Positions 43,849 to 53,930 of a stretch of DNA of 64,000 bases are shown here, piece by piece (position 1 is the first letter of the stretch; each line of letters starts with the position of its first letter). Below the pieces are notes generated by a model. It had not been told where the DNA came from. It was given only the letters and a program-made list of their open reading frames with translations, and did not search any database. Origin of the DNA: Bacteroidia bacterium (lineage in GTDB: Bacteria; Bacteroidota; Bacteroidia; JADZBD01). The position numbers were made by a program, and so were the translations under genes. Where the stretch lies: the NCBI GenBank assembly GCA_020852255.1, contig JADZBD010000007.1, positions 129,456 to 193,455 of the forward strand. Direction: 5' to 3'.

Positions 43849-44429
43849 TGTTAAAAATCGGTCTAACCGGAGGTATTGGCAGCGGAAAAAGTACGCTGGC
43901 GAAAGCATTTGCCGCTCTGGGTGTGCCGGTTTTTAACGCGGATGAGGAAACTAAAAAACACCTGGATGACCGGGATATTTTAAGCAAGATCCGGGAGTTA
44001 TTCGGAGACCAGGTGCTGGATAATAACGGGAAAGTTGATCGCAAAAAGCTGTCGGCCATCGTTTTTGCGGATAATGTAATGCTGAACAAACTGAATGAAC
44101 TGATGCACCCTGTTGCTGCGAAGGCGTTTTCCGGATGGGTGGCTCGTCAACGGTCTGAATATGTGATCAAGGAAGCGGCCATACTGTTTGAGAGTGGAGC
44201 CGATGCGCAGGTAGATGAAGTGATCACGGTTTCCTGTCCGGAATCCGAGCGAATCACCCGTGTATGCAAGAGAGACGGTGTAAGTGAGACAGAAGTTCGA
44301 TCACGTATGAAATACCAGTGGACGGACGCGCAACGGGAGGCAAAATCACAGTACGTGATTCTGAACGATGGCTGCCCGGTACTGGAGCAGGTGCTTCATC
44401 TTCACGAACAGTTCAGGCGAAAAAAATGA
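43845..44429 (+). CDS. coaE: Dephospho-CoA kinase
   Basis: IGLTGGIGSGKST P-loop and the conserved DAD/lid pattern. 194 aa. Confidence 0.85.
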   Translation: MMLKIGLTGGIGSGKSTLAKAFAALGVPVFNADEETKKHLDDRDILSKIRELFGDQVLDNNGKVDRKKLSAIVFADNVMLNKLNELMHPVAAKAFSGWVARQRSEYVIKEAAILFESGADAQVDEVITVSCPESERITRVCKRDGVSETEVRSRMKYQWTDAQREAKSQYVILNDGCPVLEQVLHLHEQFRRKK

Positions 44430-45811
44430 AAATTCTCAGTGCATCACAAATCCGGGAAGCTGATGCGTATACGATCGCGCATGAACCGGTAAGTCCGGAT
44501 GCACTCATGGAGCGAGCTGCCGGGAAGTGTTTCGAATGGATTGTCCGCCATTTTTCTTCTGTCAGAAAATTTACGGTGTATTGCGGTCCGGGGAATAATG
44601 GGGGCGATGGGAAAGTGTTAATACATATGCTTAAGGAAGCCGGCAGGGAAGTAGGCGAAAACGGAGAAGTGATAATTGATGCACTTTTTGGTACCGGATT
44701 GTCCCGCCCCCCGGAAGGAAAATGGGCCGAACAAATAGAAGCGATTAACAAAAGCAAAAAGCCGGTGATAGCGATTGATATTCCTTCCGGACTTTTTGCG
44801 GATGACAACGGTGCAGGCGACCCGGAACATATTGTATGGGCCACCCACACGCTCACCTTTCAGTGCCCGAAACTATCCATGATGCTGCCCTTCACAGGGA
44901 AATATTGTGGCAAGATACATGTGATAGATATTGGACTTCATCAGAGATTCATAGATACTGTCCGGACGAAATATTATTATACGGATGAGAGGTCAGTGAA
45001 AGAAATTTACAAGCCCAGGGAAAAGTTTTCCCATAAGGGAACCTACGGACATGCATTGATCGCCGCCGGAAAGGAAGGGATGATGGGTGCAGCAATTCTG
45101 GCGGGTAGGGCTTGTCTTCACTCAGGAACCGGGTTGCTGACCATGCGAATTCCCGGAGGTGAAAAGGTGGTGATTCAAACCGCTCTTCCGGAAGCCATTG
45201 TTGATGCGGACACTGGCGTTACTTGTCTTTCCGGCCGTATCCGGTTTGTAAATGAGACGGCTGTGGGTGCGGGGCCCGGTATCGGCACCGGAGAGGACAC
45301 AAACTCTTTTATAAAATTATTGATTCAGGAATGCCCCGTGCCTCTGCTGCTGGATGCCGATGCGCTGAACATTCTTTCCGCTAATCCCACCTGGCTGGCA
45401 TTTATTCCAGCCGGCACAATACTTACTCCTCATCCGGGAGAATTCGCCCGGCTCTTTGGTGCAGAACCGGACGACCTTAAACGTTTGGATCAGCTGATAC
45501 GACAGGCGGTGCGGCTTCGCAGCGTAATTGTTTTAAAAGGAGCGCATACCTGGATTGGATTGCCAGACGGAACGGTGTGGTTTAACGCAACGGGTAATCC
45601 AGGGTTGGCCAAAGGCGGCAGCGGAGATGTGCTAAGCGGTATTATCACTTCACTGCTTGCACAAGGCTATCCTCCTTCACATGCAGCGATTTTCGGTGTG
45701 TATCTCCACGGTCTGGCGGCTGATATTGCAGTCAATGCCTCATCGGAGGAGGCGTTAATACCGGGTGATGTGATCTCCCACCTGGGAGATGCGTTTAAAG
45801 CCTTAGCTTGA
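44426..45811 (+). CDS. nnr: Bifunctional NAD(P)H-hydrate epimerase/dehydratase (YjeF-N/YjeF-C)
   Basis: ATG at 44426 overlaps the coaE stop (ATGA). YjeF-N (…VYCGPGNNGGDG…) and YjeF-C carbohydrate-kinase motif GSGDVLSG. Confidence 0.8.
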   Translation: MKILSASQIREADAYTIAHEPVSPDALMERAAGKCFEWIVRHFSSVRKFTVYCGPGNNGGDGKVLIHMLKEAGREVGENGEVIIDALFGTGLSRPPEGKWAEQIEAINKSKKPVIAIDIPSGLFADDNGAGDPEHIVWATHTLTFQCPKLSMMLPFTGKYCGKIHVIDIGLHQRFIDTVRTKYYYTDERSVKEIYKPREKFSHKGTYGHALIAAGKEGMMGAAILAGRACLHSGTGLLTMRIPGGEKVVIQTALPEAIVDADTGVTCLSGRIRFVNETAVGAGPGIGTGEDTNSFIKLLIQECPVPLLLDADALNILSANPTWLAFIPAGTILTPHPGEFARLFGAEPDDLKRLDQLIRQAVRLRSVIVLKGAHTWIGLPDGTVWFNATGNPGLAKGGSGDVLSGIITSLLAQGYPPSHAAIFGVYLHGLAADIAVNASSEEALIPGDVISHLGDAFKALA

Positions 45812-47774
45812 TTCCCGCATTGAACACAAACCCATCCAGCGGTGCCCAAACTTCTGTGTACTGTGGGGTGAAATGGGGCGAACGGATCATGTTTTCATAC
45901 CTTGTTTGCCGTACGTCAGTAATGTTTTCTGCATTACCAAAAAAGGTATACTGCCTGTAAGTGTATTCCACTACCGTTCCGAAGGTCCAGATGCCAGGTG
46001 TTGTGCGCCCATCGGACAATTTCTGGGCGCCCTTGTATTCATAATCAGCACCTATACGCCACTTGCCGGGCAAGCTATAAAGCAGATCGCCTTTCAGACT
46101 GTGCTGCGGGGTGAGGGGAAGTGTCGTGTAACCTGAATTTTCAGAAAGTAAAAATGCGTTGGTATAGGTATAGCCTGCGAAAAAGACAAATTTAAAGAAT
46201 CCGAATTTTAAAAAAGTTTCAGCACCATGACTCCTTACCATGCCGTCGAAATTTTTGTAATGGTAAATCCCGGAATGAAAACCGGTATCGGCCAGTTGGA
46301 GCGGCCGGTTAACCCTTGTTAAAAAAAACATTTGGTTGAAGGAAATAAAGTAATGTTTACCTATGGGAAATTTCATCCCAATATCAATACTTCCTCCCGC
46401 AGACATCTCGGTTTCCAGCTCCGCATCGCTGACAGGCAACACGTTCCGGAAATATATCTGCTCGGCTTCCTGATTAAAAAGCGTGGGCGTGCGATAACCC
46501 ATTCCTCCTCCGAAACGAGTGGTAATGTTCTCCGTCCATTTAATCAGAAAAAATGACCGGGGTAGCCAAAATAATTCTCTGTTCGACTGCGCATCCAAAC
46601 GCATGCCGGTTTCACCGTGAATTTTCTTGAAGAGAGTATAAGTAAATTGAACGAATGCACCAAGGGTTATACTTTCTTCATCTCTCGCAGGAAAGGAATC
46701 GGGACGGAGCTCACGAAATTCATGTGTATAAACATTCGCTCCGGCGATGAAGGTGGTGTTTGGCCACTTGCCACCGTAGGTAACCTCAGAAAAGGAAGAG
46801 AGCTGTATCCCGGTAAAACGGGTCGTCTGTAATGGTGCGAAGCGGCTGTTCATGTCCCTGTAGGACCGTGAAACGCTGTTTTTAAGTGTCCATACGCGAT
46901 CCTTTACCGTGAGGCACTCCAGTTTCAGCTGTGATGTGACACGCTTCACATCGTTGCCTTCGAAGAAGAAATGCAGAGAATCTGGTTGTTCGCCACGTAC
47001 AAGATGGGTGTCGCCACCTTTTCTTATCTCGTCTGTAAAGGTGGCGCCGGCAACCAGGTGAATCCGGTCAGTAATGTTGAACCGGAGGCGGGGATTCAGG
47101 TTGTATTTTACCAGATTTGGAAGATCAGTGAAACCATCTCCGTTCACATCATACATGGCGTGGGAATTTCGTTGGGCAAGAATAGAAAAGCCTATTTTCC
47201 CTTTTTTCCGGCTGACATATGAATTCAAATCGAATGCGCCCACATGTGAAGCATTCACATGAAGCAGGTGTTCTTCCTTCATTGGATCCTTGCTGATCAG
47301 GTTGATGAGACCGCTTATTGCTCCGGCGCCATATAGGGTGGAAGCGCCACCCTTAATGTACTCTATCTGTCGCAAATCGAGCGGGGGAATTTGCATAATG
47401 CTCAGGCTGCCGGTGAATCCTCCGTAGAGTGGAAACCCATCTTTCAGGATTTGGGTGTATTTTCCGTCGAGTCCCTGTATCCGGACATTGGCGGTGTTAG
47501 ACGCAGCTGAAGTGGTCTGAACCTGGATACCGGTGCTGTGGGTCAAAAGGTGCGCAATCTTACTGGGATCCATTGTTGCTGACTCATCAATTTCTTCTGT
47601 TAGCACCTCCACTCGTGTGGGTATATCGGCTATGCTCTTGCTGGATCGGGTTCCTTCCACTACAATCTCCTCCATTTCCTGGATCGAATCATTCTGTGCA
47701 TGCAATATGCCACCAGGGTTCAAACAGAAGAGAACAAGAGTAGATTTTAAAAGAAATACCGTATGCTTATTCAT
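45795..47774 (-). CDS. TonB-dependent outer-membrane receptor
   Basis: Signal peptide, TonB-box/plug (EEIVVEGTRSS…) and a 22-strand barrel pattern. 659 aa. Directly downstream of the ABC-2 permease. Confidence 0.75.
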   Translation of the reverse strand: MNKHTVFLLKSTLVLFCLNPGGILHAQNDSIQEMEEIVVEGTRSSKSIADIPTRVEVLTEEIDESATMDPSKIAHLLTHSTGIQVQTTSAASNTANVRIQGLDGKYTQILKDGFPLYGGFTGSLSIMQIPPLDLRQIEYIKGGASTLYGAGAISGLINLISKDPMKEEHLLHVNASHVGAFDLNSYVSRKKGKIGFSILAQRNSHAMYDVNGDGFTDLPNLVKYNLNPRLRFNITDRIHLVAGATFTDEIRKGGDTHLVRGEQPDSLHFFFEGNDVKRVTSQLKLECLTVKDRVWTLKNSVSRSYRDMNSRFAPLQTTRFTGIQLSSFSEVTYGGKWPNTTFIAGANVYTHEFRELRPDSFPARDEESITLGAFVQFTYTLFKKIHGETGMRLDAQSNRELFWLPRSFFLIKWTENITTRFGGGMGYRTPTLFNQEAEQIYFRNVLPVSDAELETEMSAGGSIDIGMKFPIGKHYFISFNQMFFLTRVNRPLQLADTGFHSGIYHYKNFDGMVRSHGAETFLKFGFFKFVFFAGYTYTNAFLLSENSGYTTLPLTPQHSLKGDLLYSLPGKWRIGADYEYKGAQKLSDGRTTPGIWTFGTVVEYTYRQYTFFGNAENITDVRQTRYENMIRSPHFTPQYTEVWAPLDGFVFNAGIKLRL

Positions 47775-47778
47775 GACT

Positions 47779-48927
47779 CTAGTGAAGGTTAAACAGATTC
47801 CTACGGAAAAGCATTAACGCAATTCCGTTGAATACCCCTCCTATGACCAGCAGTACAATCAGGCGCTGCAGAAAAACCGGATCGCTAAGGGATAATTGTC
47901 TCCAGAAAATATCGTAGAATCCCTGTATTCCCCAGTAGTTCACGGAGAGAACGGATATCTTCTGCATGAACTCCGGCATCACAAAACTTGGAACCATACT
48001 CCCGCCGACGGCACTCATCACGAGTACAATGAGCGTGGAAAGGCCCTGTACCTGCACACGTGTCCGTGCCAGTGAAGCGAGAAAAACACCAAATGATGAA
48101 CAGGCGAAGGCTGTGCAGAGAATCATCAGAAAAGTTGGAATGATCACAGGAATAATTTGAAGTCCGAATGCCACCCAGGCGAAGAGAAACATGACCGTGA
48201 GCTGGGCAATTGACATAATATTGGCAAAAAGCATTTTTCCAAGCAGGATGCCGTTGGGTGTTACCGGAGAGTACAGCAGCCGCTTTAATGTTCCCTCGCT
48301 TTTTTCGTCCAGCAGCCCGGCGCCGATTGCGGAAACAGAGAACAGCATCATCATGATGGAGGTTCCTGCCACTGCCTGTATGAGGCCGGGAGAATTTCCC
48401 TGCTCTGCCACCACGGGTACAGACCGGATGAAGGTTTTTCGATGCTGCGGCTGAAGGTTTAAGGGTCGGATAGAGTCGGGAATAAGTAAAGGTTCAATGA
48501 TTGAAGCCAGGGTATTATAAAGGGCGCTCTGAAGAATGGTTGTTGAAGGCCCCTCTGCTTCGTCGTATAGAAACTCCAGACCGGGAAAATTCTTCCTGCT
48601 TATGGAATCACCGGAACCCGGTCCGATCAGCAGAACCGCGGCTCGTTCACCTTTTTTCACCATCTCCCTCGCGGAGTCGGAGGTGGTCTGCAATACGGTA
48701 AATTCAGGCATGGAATCAATGTGCCGGATAAGCATTTTACTGAATGGGCTACTGTCTCCGTCAGCTATCACTACCTCTCTGGGTTTTGGAGCAGGCGAAG
48801 ACTTTCCTACCCCGCCGAACGCATAAGCGAACAGCGAGATCAGGGCGATGGGCAGTGCGAATCCCAGCAGCATCCCGCGTTTGTCGGACAGTACTAACCG
48901 TAAGTCTTTTAGAGCGAGCTTAAACAT
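47779..48927 (-). CDS. ABC-2 family transporter permease
   Basis: N-terminal TM, large periplasmic loop, five C-terminal TMs. Stop overlaps the upstream ATPase. Confidence 0.7.
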   Translation of the reverse strand: MFKLALKDLRLVLSDKRGMLLGFALPIALISLFAYAFGGVGKSSPAPKPREVVIADGDSSPFSKMLIRHIDSMPEFTVLQTTSDSAREMVKKGERAAVLLIGPGSGDSISRKNFPGLEFLYDEAEGPSTTILQSALYNTLASIIEPLLIPDSIRPLNLQPQHRKTFIRSVPVVAEQGNSPGLIQAVAGTSIMMMLFSVSAIGAGLLDEKSEGTLKRLLYSPVTPNGILLGKMLFANIMSIAQLTVMFLFAWVAFGLQIIPVIIPTFLMILCTAFACSSFGVFLASLARTRVQVQGLSTLIVLVMSAVGGSMVPSFVMPEFMQKISVLSVNYWGIQGFYDIFWRQLSLSDPVFLQRLIVLLVIGGVFNGIALMLFRRNLFNLH

Positions 48928-49850
48928 CAGTCACGAAGTTGTTTTCCGGTGAGTGCAAGAAATACGGATTCGAGATTTATTTTTTTAATCTCCACCTGAA
49001 TAATATCCAGGCCCAGTTCAGAACATTTCAGCACGAGTTTCCCCAGGTCCGTTTTTACGCTGTGCGACGGAAGCGTAATCAGTTGACCGGCGTAAATCAG
49101 TGAGGGAAATTCTAGTTTTAGGTGATCCAGTTCAGCCCCCGTCAGGTTGGTCAGCTGAATATCTATGCTCTCTTTGACAGGACTCAGCGCCTTGAGTTCA
49201 TCAATTGTTCCGCACGCTATGAGTTTTCCGCTTTCTATGATCCCAATGCGGTCGCAGAGTCTTTCGGCTTCTTCCATGTAATGGGTGGTATAAATCAGGG
49301 TCATACCTTCTTTATGGAATTTTTCCACCACTTCAAAAATCAGATTACGACTCTGCGGGTCAATGCCTACGGTGGGTTCGTCCATGAAAAGGATATGTGG
49401 ATGATGGAGAAGCGCAGCAGCGATATTGATGCGCCTTTTCATACCTCCGGAATAGGTCTTGACTTTATCATGCCGACGGTCGCTCAGACCTACCAGCGTC
49501 AGGATTTCTTCCGCGCGATCCCGAAGTTTCTTTCCGCTTACACCGTAGAGTCCTCCCCAGAATAGCAGGTTCTGCCAGGCGGTCAGCTCTTCGTAAAGTG
49601 CAATTTCCTGGGGTACAACCCCTATGCTTTTTTTACACTCCGGGGCCTGTGTTTTTATATCGAAGCCAGCCACACTTACCGAGCCGGCATCTGCCGGGAT
49701 TAAGGTGCTGAGTATGGAAAGGGTTGTGGTTTTCCCCGCGCCATTTGGTCCCAGCAGCCCGAAACATTCTCCCTGCCGTATATCGAAGCTGATATCGCTC
49801 ACAGCGACATTGCTGTTATAGGATTTACTAAGATGCCGTACAGAGATCAT
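48927..49850 (-). CDS. ABC transporter ATP-binding protein (ABC-2/DrrA-like)
   Basis: Walker [13 protein letters not shown], signature YSGGMKRR, Walker B LFMDEP. Confidence 0.85.
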   Translation of the reverse strand: MISVRHLSKSYNSNVAVSDISFDIRQGECFGLLGPNGAGKTTTLSILSTLIPADAGSVSVAGFDIKTQAPECKKSIGVVPQEIALYEELTAWQNLLFWGGLYGVSGKKLRDRAEEILTLVGLSDRRHDKVKTYSGGMKRRINIAAALLHHPHILFMDEPTVGIDPQSRNLIFEVVEKFHKEGMTLIYTTHYMEEAERLCDRIGIIESGKLIACGTIDELKALSPVKESIDIQLTNLTGAELDHLKLEFPSLIYAGQLITLPSHSVKTDLGKLVLKCSELGLDIIQVEIKKINLESVFLALTGKQLRD

Positions 49851-49892
49851 AATCGCTTATATGGTAAAAATAACTATTTTTGGCGTCCTTTT

Positions 49893-49969
49893 CGGGGTGT
49901 AGCGCAGCCTGGTAGCGTACCAGCATGGGGTGCTGGTGGTCGTCGGTTCAAATCCGGCCACCCCGACCA
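49893..49969 (+). tRNA. tRNA-Pro (anticodon GGG)
   Basis: Cloverleaf folded by hand: acceptor CGGGGTG/CACCCCG, D-arm GCGC…GCGT, anticodon stem CCAGC/GCTGG with loop ATGGGGT (anticodon GGG), T-arm GTCGG-TTCAAAT-CCGGC. 3' CCA is encoded. Confidence 0.85.
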
Positions 49970-50036
49970 ATTTTCAGGAGGAGGTTCTGTCATCGTGAGT
50001 CAAGCGAATGACGGCCACTCCAACCACATCAGATAA

Positions 50037-50058
50037 TAGCCTTCAGAAGTGAAGGCTA
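50037..50058 (+). terminator. Rho-independent terminator downstream of tRNA-Pro (possibly bidirectional)
   Basis: TAGCCTTC-AGAAGT-GAAGGCTA is an 8-bp stem followed by TTTCTTCTTCTT. Its 3' arm overlaps the stop codon of the convergent acyltransferase gene. Confidence 0.4.
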
Positions 50059-51258
50059 TTTCTTCTTCTTGCCCTTTACCTTCTTTACCGTCTCCATTTT
50101 AAAGAGCTTCTTTGTAAAGTGAATACTGAAGCGATCCACGGTGATTGTCATGATCCATGCGAGTAGGCCCGACAGCAAGAGATAGAGAATAAATGTAATC
50201 AGTCCGGTTTTATTATAACCCCAGTCGAGATGATGATCCAGGAAGAACGAGGAGGCGAAAGAACCCAGTACGAGGGGATGAAGCAAGTAAAGCGAAAATG
50301 AAATGTTACCCAGGAAAAGCAACGGCTTTGTGCCCAGGATCTTTTGCATGATCGGGCTCATGATAACCGCCGCAACCACCATTATTGCGCCGATTGAGTG
50401 TATGAAAACGAAGTGATCCAAAATAGCCTGATTCTTTATAAAATCCCACCAGCTCATATACGCCCAGGCGAGCGACGGAAAGGAGCCGAGCAGCAGACCG
50501 CCTGCCATGAGTGTCCAGGGCAGAACCGTGCGGGAAAGAATACCTTCCGACTTTAGCGCGAGTTTTTCAAGAGAAAAAAGCATCATGCCGGCAAAAAAGC
50601 CAATGTAATGATCCATGTCGAATAAGAAGGCCAGGATGATAGCTGCCAGGAAGGCAATATTTTTTGATTTCAGTTTATGGGTTATTGCCAGCAATCCGAA
50701 TACCAGAAAGGATCCGTAAAGCTCTTTTGACATCGTCCACATAGAGGTGTCATAATCATGCCATCCCTGAAACATCACCCGGTAAAAGAAAAATTCCAGC
50801 CAGGTGCCGAAGGAAGGATCCATGCGCCAGAGAGTTCCCATCCATGGTTCAGAGTGAGCGATTACGGATACTTCCAGGTGTTTATAGGCATTCAGGCGAA
50901 GGAGAATAAAAGAAAGGAGCAGGGTAAATCCTACCGGGATGAAAAGCCGGAAGTATCTTCGTTTGGCTGCATTCGTAAGAATGGAAAAATCCCCCTGGCT
51001 GAGGTATTTATGACTCAGCACGAACCCGCTCAGCACAAAGAAGATCATGACGCAGAAATTTCCGTTGGCGATGACATTGAGTGGACTCGAATAGAACCAT
51101 AGTTCCAGCCCTTCGGTATGTGCTCTTTCGGGATTCCCGTCGTAGGCAGCGGTGTAAAATCCCAGCATAAAGTGGTGCGCAACCACGGCCAGAGCCGCTA
51201 ATCCCCGCAAACCTTCAAGGTATCCTATTTTGTTCTGGTTGTCCGGGAGCAGCATCAT
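50056..51258 (-). CDS. Acyltransferase family 3 membrane protein
   Basis: N-terminal GLRGLAALAVVAHHF and ~10 TM helices. 400 aa. Confidence 0.75.
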   Translation of the reverse strand: MMLLPDNQNKIGYLEGLRGLAALAVVAHHFMLGFYTAAYDGNPERAHTEGLELWFYSSPLNVIANGNFCVMIFFVLSGFVLSHKYLSQGDFSILTNAAKRRYFRLFIPVGFTLLLSFILLRLNAYKHLEVSVIAHSEPWMGTLWRMDPSFGTWLEFFFYRVMFQGWHDYDTSMWTMSKELYGSFLVFGLLAITHKLKSKNIAFLAAIILAFLFDMDHYIGFFAGMMLFSLEKLALKSEGILSRTVLPWTLMAGGLLLGSFPSLAWAYMSWWDFIKNQAILDHFVFIHSIGAIMVVAAVIMSPIMQKILGTKPLLFLGNISFSLYLLHPLVLGSFASSFFLDHHLDWGYNKTGLITFILYLLLSGLLAWIMTITVDRFSIHFTKKLFKMETVKKVKGKKKK

Positions 51259-51264
51259 GGCAGG

Positions 51265-52035
51265 TCAGTACCTCTTTAGGACACGTAAATGATGCGTATA
51301 GTTCCCGAGTTCCTCTTGAAAGATTCCCTGGTGATCGATCTTGTCGATCCTCACCTTGCCAGAAGCATGTAAAATACGATCAGGGGATAGCAGGATTCCC
51401 ACGTGAATGATTTCTCCGTCTTTATTATCGAAAAATGCAAGATCGCCTGCTTTGCTTTCTTCTAAAAAACTTAACACCTCTCCGAACTCCGCCTGCTGCC
51501 GGGCATCGCGCGGTAGCGGAATGCCGCAGTACCGGTAAACGGATTGTACAAAGCCGCTGCAATCTACGCCGAAGGGAGTGCGTCCGCCCCATAGGTAAGG
51601 CGCATGGATAAATTTCATTGCATAAGGAAGAAATTCACTGAGATCAGGTTTTTCCGGCTGGTGAAAATCACCCTGGAATGAATAAATGTTTTCGCCAAGC
51701 AGGAAACTCCCTGCAATCAGTCCTGGCAAAAGACAGCCGGCCGTAACGGGATATTCCTGTGTAAGCTTCCTGTCTTTGACCATACCGGTAATTCCGCTGC
51801 AAAGGCATACAGGATGGGTAGAAATATCCAGAAACTGTGAGTGGGAGAGGGAGGTTGCTTGCGCACTGTTTATCCAGCCTTCATACCGGTCGTGGGTGAT
51901 CCGGATCCTGTGCCATTCTTTACCTGACTCCAGAATTTCCGCTGTTTCACCAAAGAGCCATTGTGATACAAGTTCGGACTGGGAACGAGGTTCTTTCCGT
52001 ACGGGGACAATGCTGAGGGTTGAAACTACATACAT
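51265..52035 (-). CDS. NlpC/P60 (C40) family peptidase with SH3-like N-domain
   Basis: Catalytic Cys context DCSGFVQSVY, His in GDLAFF…HVGI. 256 aa. Confidence 0.75.
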   Translation of the reverse strand: MYVVSTLSIVPVRKEPRSQSELVSQWLFGETAEILESGKEWHRIRITHDRYEGWINSAQATSLSHSQFLDISTHPVCLCSGITGMVKDRKLTQEYPVTAGCLLPGLIAGSFLLGENIYSFQGDFHQPEKPDLSEFLPYAMKFIHAPYLWGGRTPFGVDCSGFVQSVYRYCGIPLPRDARQQAEFGEVLSFLEESKAGDLAFFDNKDGEIIHVGILLSPDRILHASGKVRIDKIDHQGIFQEELGNYTHHLRVLKRY

Positions 52036-53216
52036 TACAGGCTTTCAATTACCATTGCGCTGGCGCCTCCGCCTCCGTTGCAAATTCCGGCTGCGCCTAT
52101 CTTCGCATTGTTCTGCTTAAGTACATGGAGCAGTGTAACGACGATGCGTGCCCCTGAGCAGCCGAGTGGATGCCCCAGGGAAACGGCTCCGCCGTTTACA
52201 TTCACTTTTTTCGGATCCAGTTTCATTTTTTGCATGTTTACCAGTCCTACCACCGAAAACGCTTCATTGAGTTCGTAAAAATGAACATCCTCCATTTTTA
52301 AACCCGCTTTCGCTACCGCTTTGGGCACAGCGAGCGAGGGGGTAGTGGTAAACCATTCCGGAGCCTGTTCTGCATCAGCATAACCCCGGATTTTTGCGAG
52401 TGGCTTTAATCCGAGTTGTTCCATTTTCTCTTTACTCATGAGCACCACAGCGGCAGCACCATCATTCATTGTGGAGGCATTAGCGGCTGTAACTGTTCCC
52501 TCTTTACTGAACACTGCCCGTAACTCTGGAATCTTGTCGAATTTTACGCTTTTGTATTCCTCGTCCTCCTTGAAAAATACCGGATCTCCTTTCTTCTGAG
52601 GAATACCGACGGGAACGATCTCTGCAGTAAATTTTCCGTTTTTCCAGGCGTCGGCGGATCGTTTGTAAGATTCGATGGCAAAATCATCCTGCTCTTTCCG
52701 GGAGATATTGCATTCTTTGGCGCACAGGTCTGCAGCTACTCCCATGGCGTAATTATGATAAACATCCGTGAGCCCGTCTTTTGCAAGGCCGTCAATGGCG
52801 CTGGCATTTCCGTATTTACTTCCCCAGCGCATGGTGTCCAGATAAAAAGGAACCTGGCTCATATTCTCCATTCCTCCTGCGATCACCACATCGGCGTCGC
52901 CTAGTAAAATGGACTGTGCGCCCTGCATAATGGCCTTCATCCCCGAGGCGCATACTTTATTGACCGTCGTACATTGAACATGATCAGGAAGCCCGGCAAA
53001 TTTGGCGGCCTGGCGGGCGGGTGCCTGTCCCAGGTTGGCTTGTATGACACAGCCCATGATGACTTCCTGTACTTCGCCGGGAGCGAGCCCGATTCTATCC
53101 AACGCTCCTTTAATTGCAACAGCCCCCAGGCGGGGTGCAGGTACAGAAGCAAGAGAACCTCCAAAACTTCCAAGAGGAGTACGAACCGCGCTAACTATGA
53201 ATACTTCTTTTGCCAT
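52035..53216 (-). CDS. Acetyl-CoA C-acetyltransferase (thiolase II)
   Basis: VSAVRTPLGSFGG, active-site NKVCASGMKA, C-terminal GLVNMQ…CNGGGGA. 393 aa. Confidence 0.9.
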   Translation of the reverse strand: MAKEVFIVSAVRTPLGSFGGSLASVPAPRLGAVAIKGALDRIGLAPGEVQEVIMGCVIQANLGQAPARQAAKFAGLPDHVQCTTVNKVCASGMKAIMQGAQSILLGDADVVIAGGMENMSQVPFYLDTMRWGSKYGNASAIDGLAKDGLTDVYHNYAMGVAADLCAKECNISRKEQDDFAIESYKRSADAWKNGKFTAEIVPVGIPQKKGDPVFFKEDEEYKSVKFDKIPELRAVFSKEGTVTAANASTMNDGAAAVVLMSKEKMEQLGLKPLAKIRGYADAEQAPEWFTTTPSLAVPKAVAKAGLKMEDVHFYELNEAFSVVGLVNMQKMKLDPKKVNVNGGAVSLGHPLGCSGARIVVTLLHVLKQNNAKIGAAGICNGGGGASAMVIESL

Positions 53217-53219
53217 AAA

Positions 53220-53930
53220 CTAAAAGTTTGGTTTCAGTGTGTATTTGGAATAAAAATCAGCGATAACCTTAACTGCCTCATCGGCCGTATCCACAATGGA
53301 AAAAAGATCAAGATCTTCCGCACTTACATTATTTTCCTCGTTCAACATGGTATTGCGGATCCAGTCAAGAAGTCCTTGCCAGTATTTTTTTCCCACCAGT
53401 ACAGTTGGGAAGTGAGCGATCTTGTTCGTTTGAACCAGCGTGAGGGCTTCGAACAATTCGTCCATGGTTCCAAAACCACCCGGCAAGGCAATAAAACCCT
53501 GCGAATACTTCAAAAAGATGGTTTTGCGGACAAAAAAGTAATCGAAGCTGATCAGCTTATCGTAATCGATGTAGGGATTGTGTTTTTGTTCGAAGGGAAG
53601 CACGATGTTAAGTCCAACGGATTTTCCCTGGCCGGCTTGTGCGCCCTTGTTGGCCGCTTCCATAATACCCGGGCCTCCGCCGGTGATTACGCCGTAGCCT
53701 TCTTTGGTCAGTTTATAGGCGATCTCCTCTGCCAGCTTATAATAGCGGGTGCCGGGCTTTGTACGGGCGGATCCGAAAACAGAGACGCAGGGACCGATAC
53801 GCGCCATCTTTTCAAATCCCTCCACAAACTCTCCCATGATCTTGAAGAGTTGCCAGGAATCCCGGGCTTTGATTTCACTCCAGTCCTTGGATTCGAATGC
53901 CCGTCGGATCTTGTCGTCCTGTTCCGACAT
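53220..53930 (-). CDS. LOG family protein (TIGR00730; cytokinin riboside 5'-monophosphate phosphoribohydrolase-like)
   Basis: GGGPGIMEAANKGA and PGGFGTMDELFE motifs. 236 aa. Start overlaps the stop of the upstream 177-aa gene by 1 nt. Confidence 0.8.
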   Translation of the reverse strand: MSEQDDKIRRAFESKDWSEIKARDSWQLFKIMGEFVEGFEKMARIGPCVSVFGSARTKPGTRYYKLAEEIAYKLTKEGYGVITGGGPGIMEAANKGAQAGQGKSVGLNIVLPFEQKHNPYIDYDKLISFDYFFVRKTIFLKYSQGFIALPGGFGTMDELFEALTLVQTNKIAHFPTVLVGKKYWQGLLDWIRNTMLNEENNVSAEDLDLFSIVDTADEAVKVIADFYSKYTLKPNF

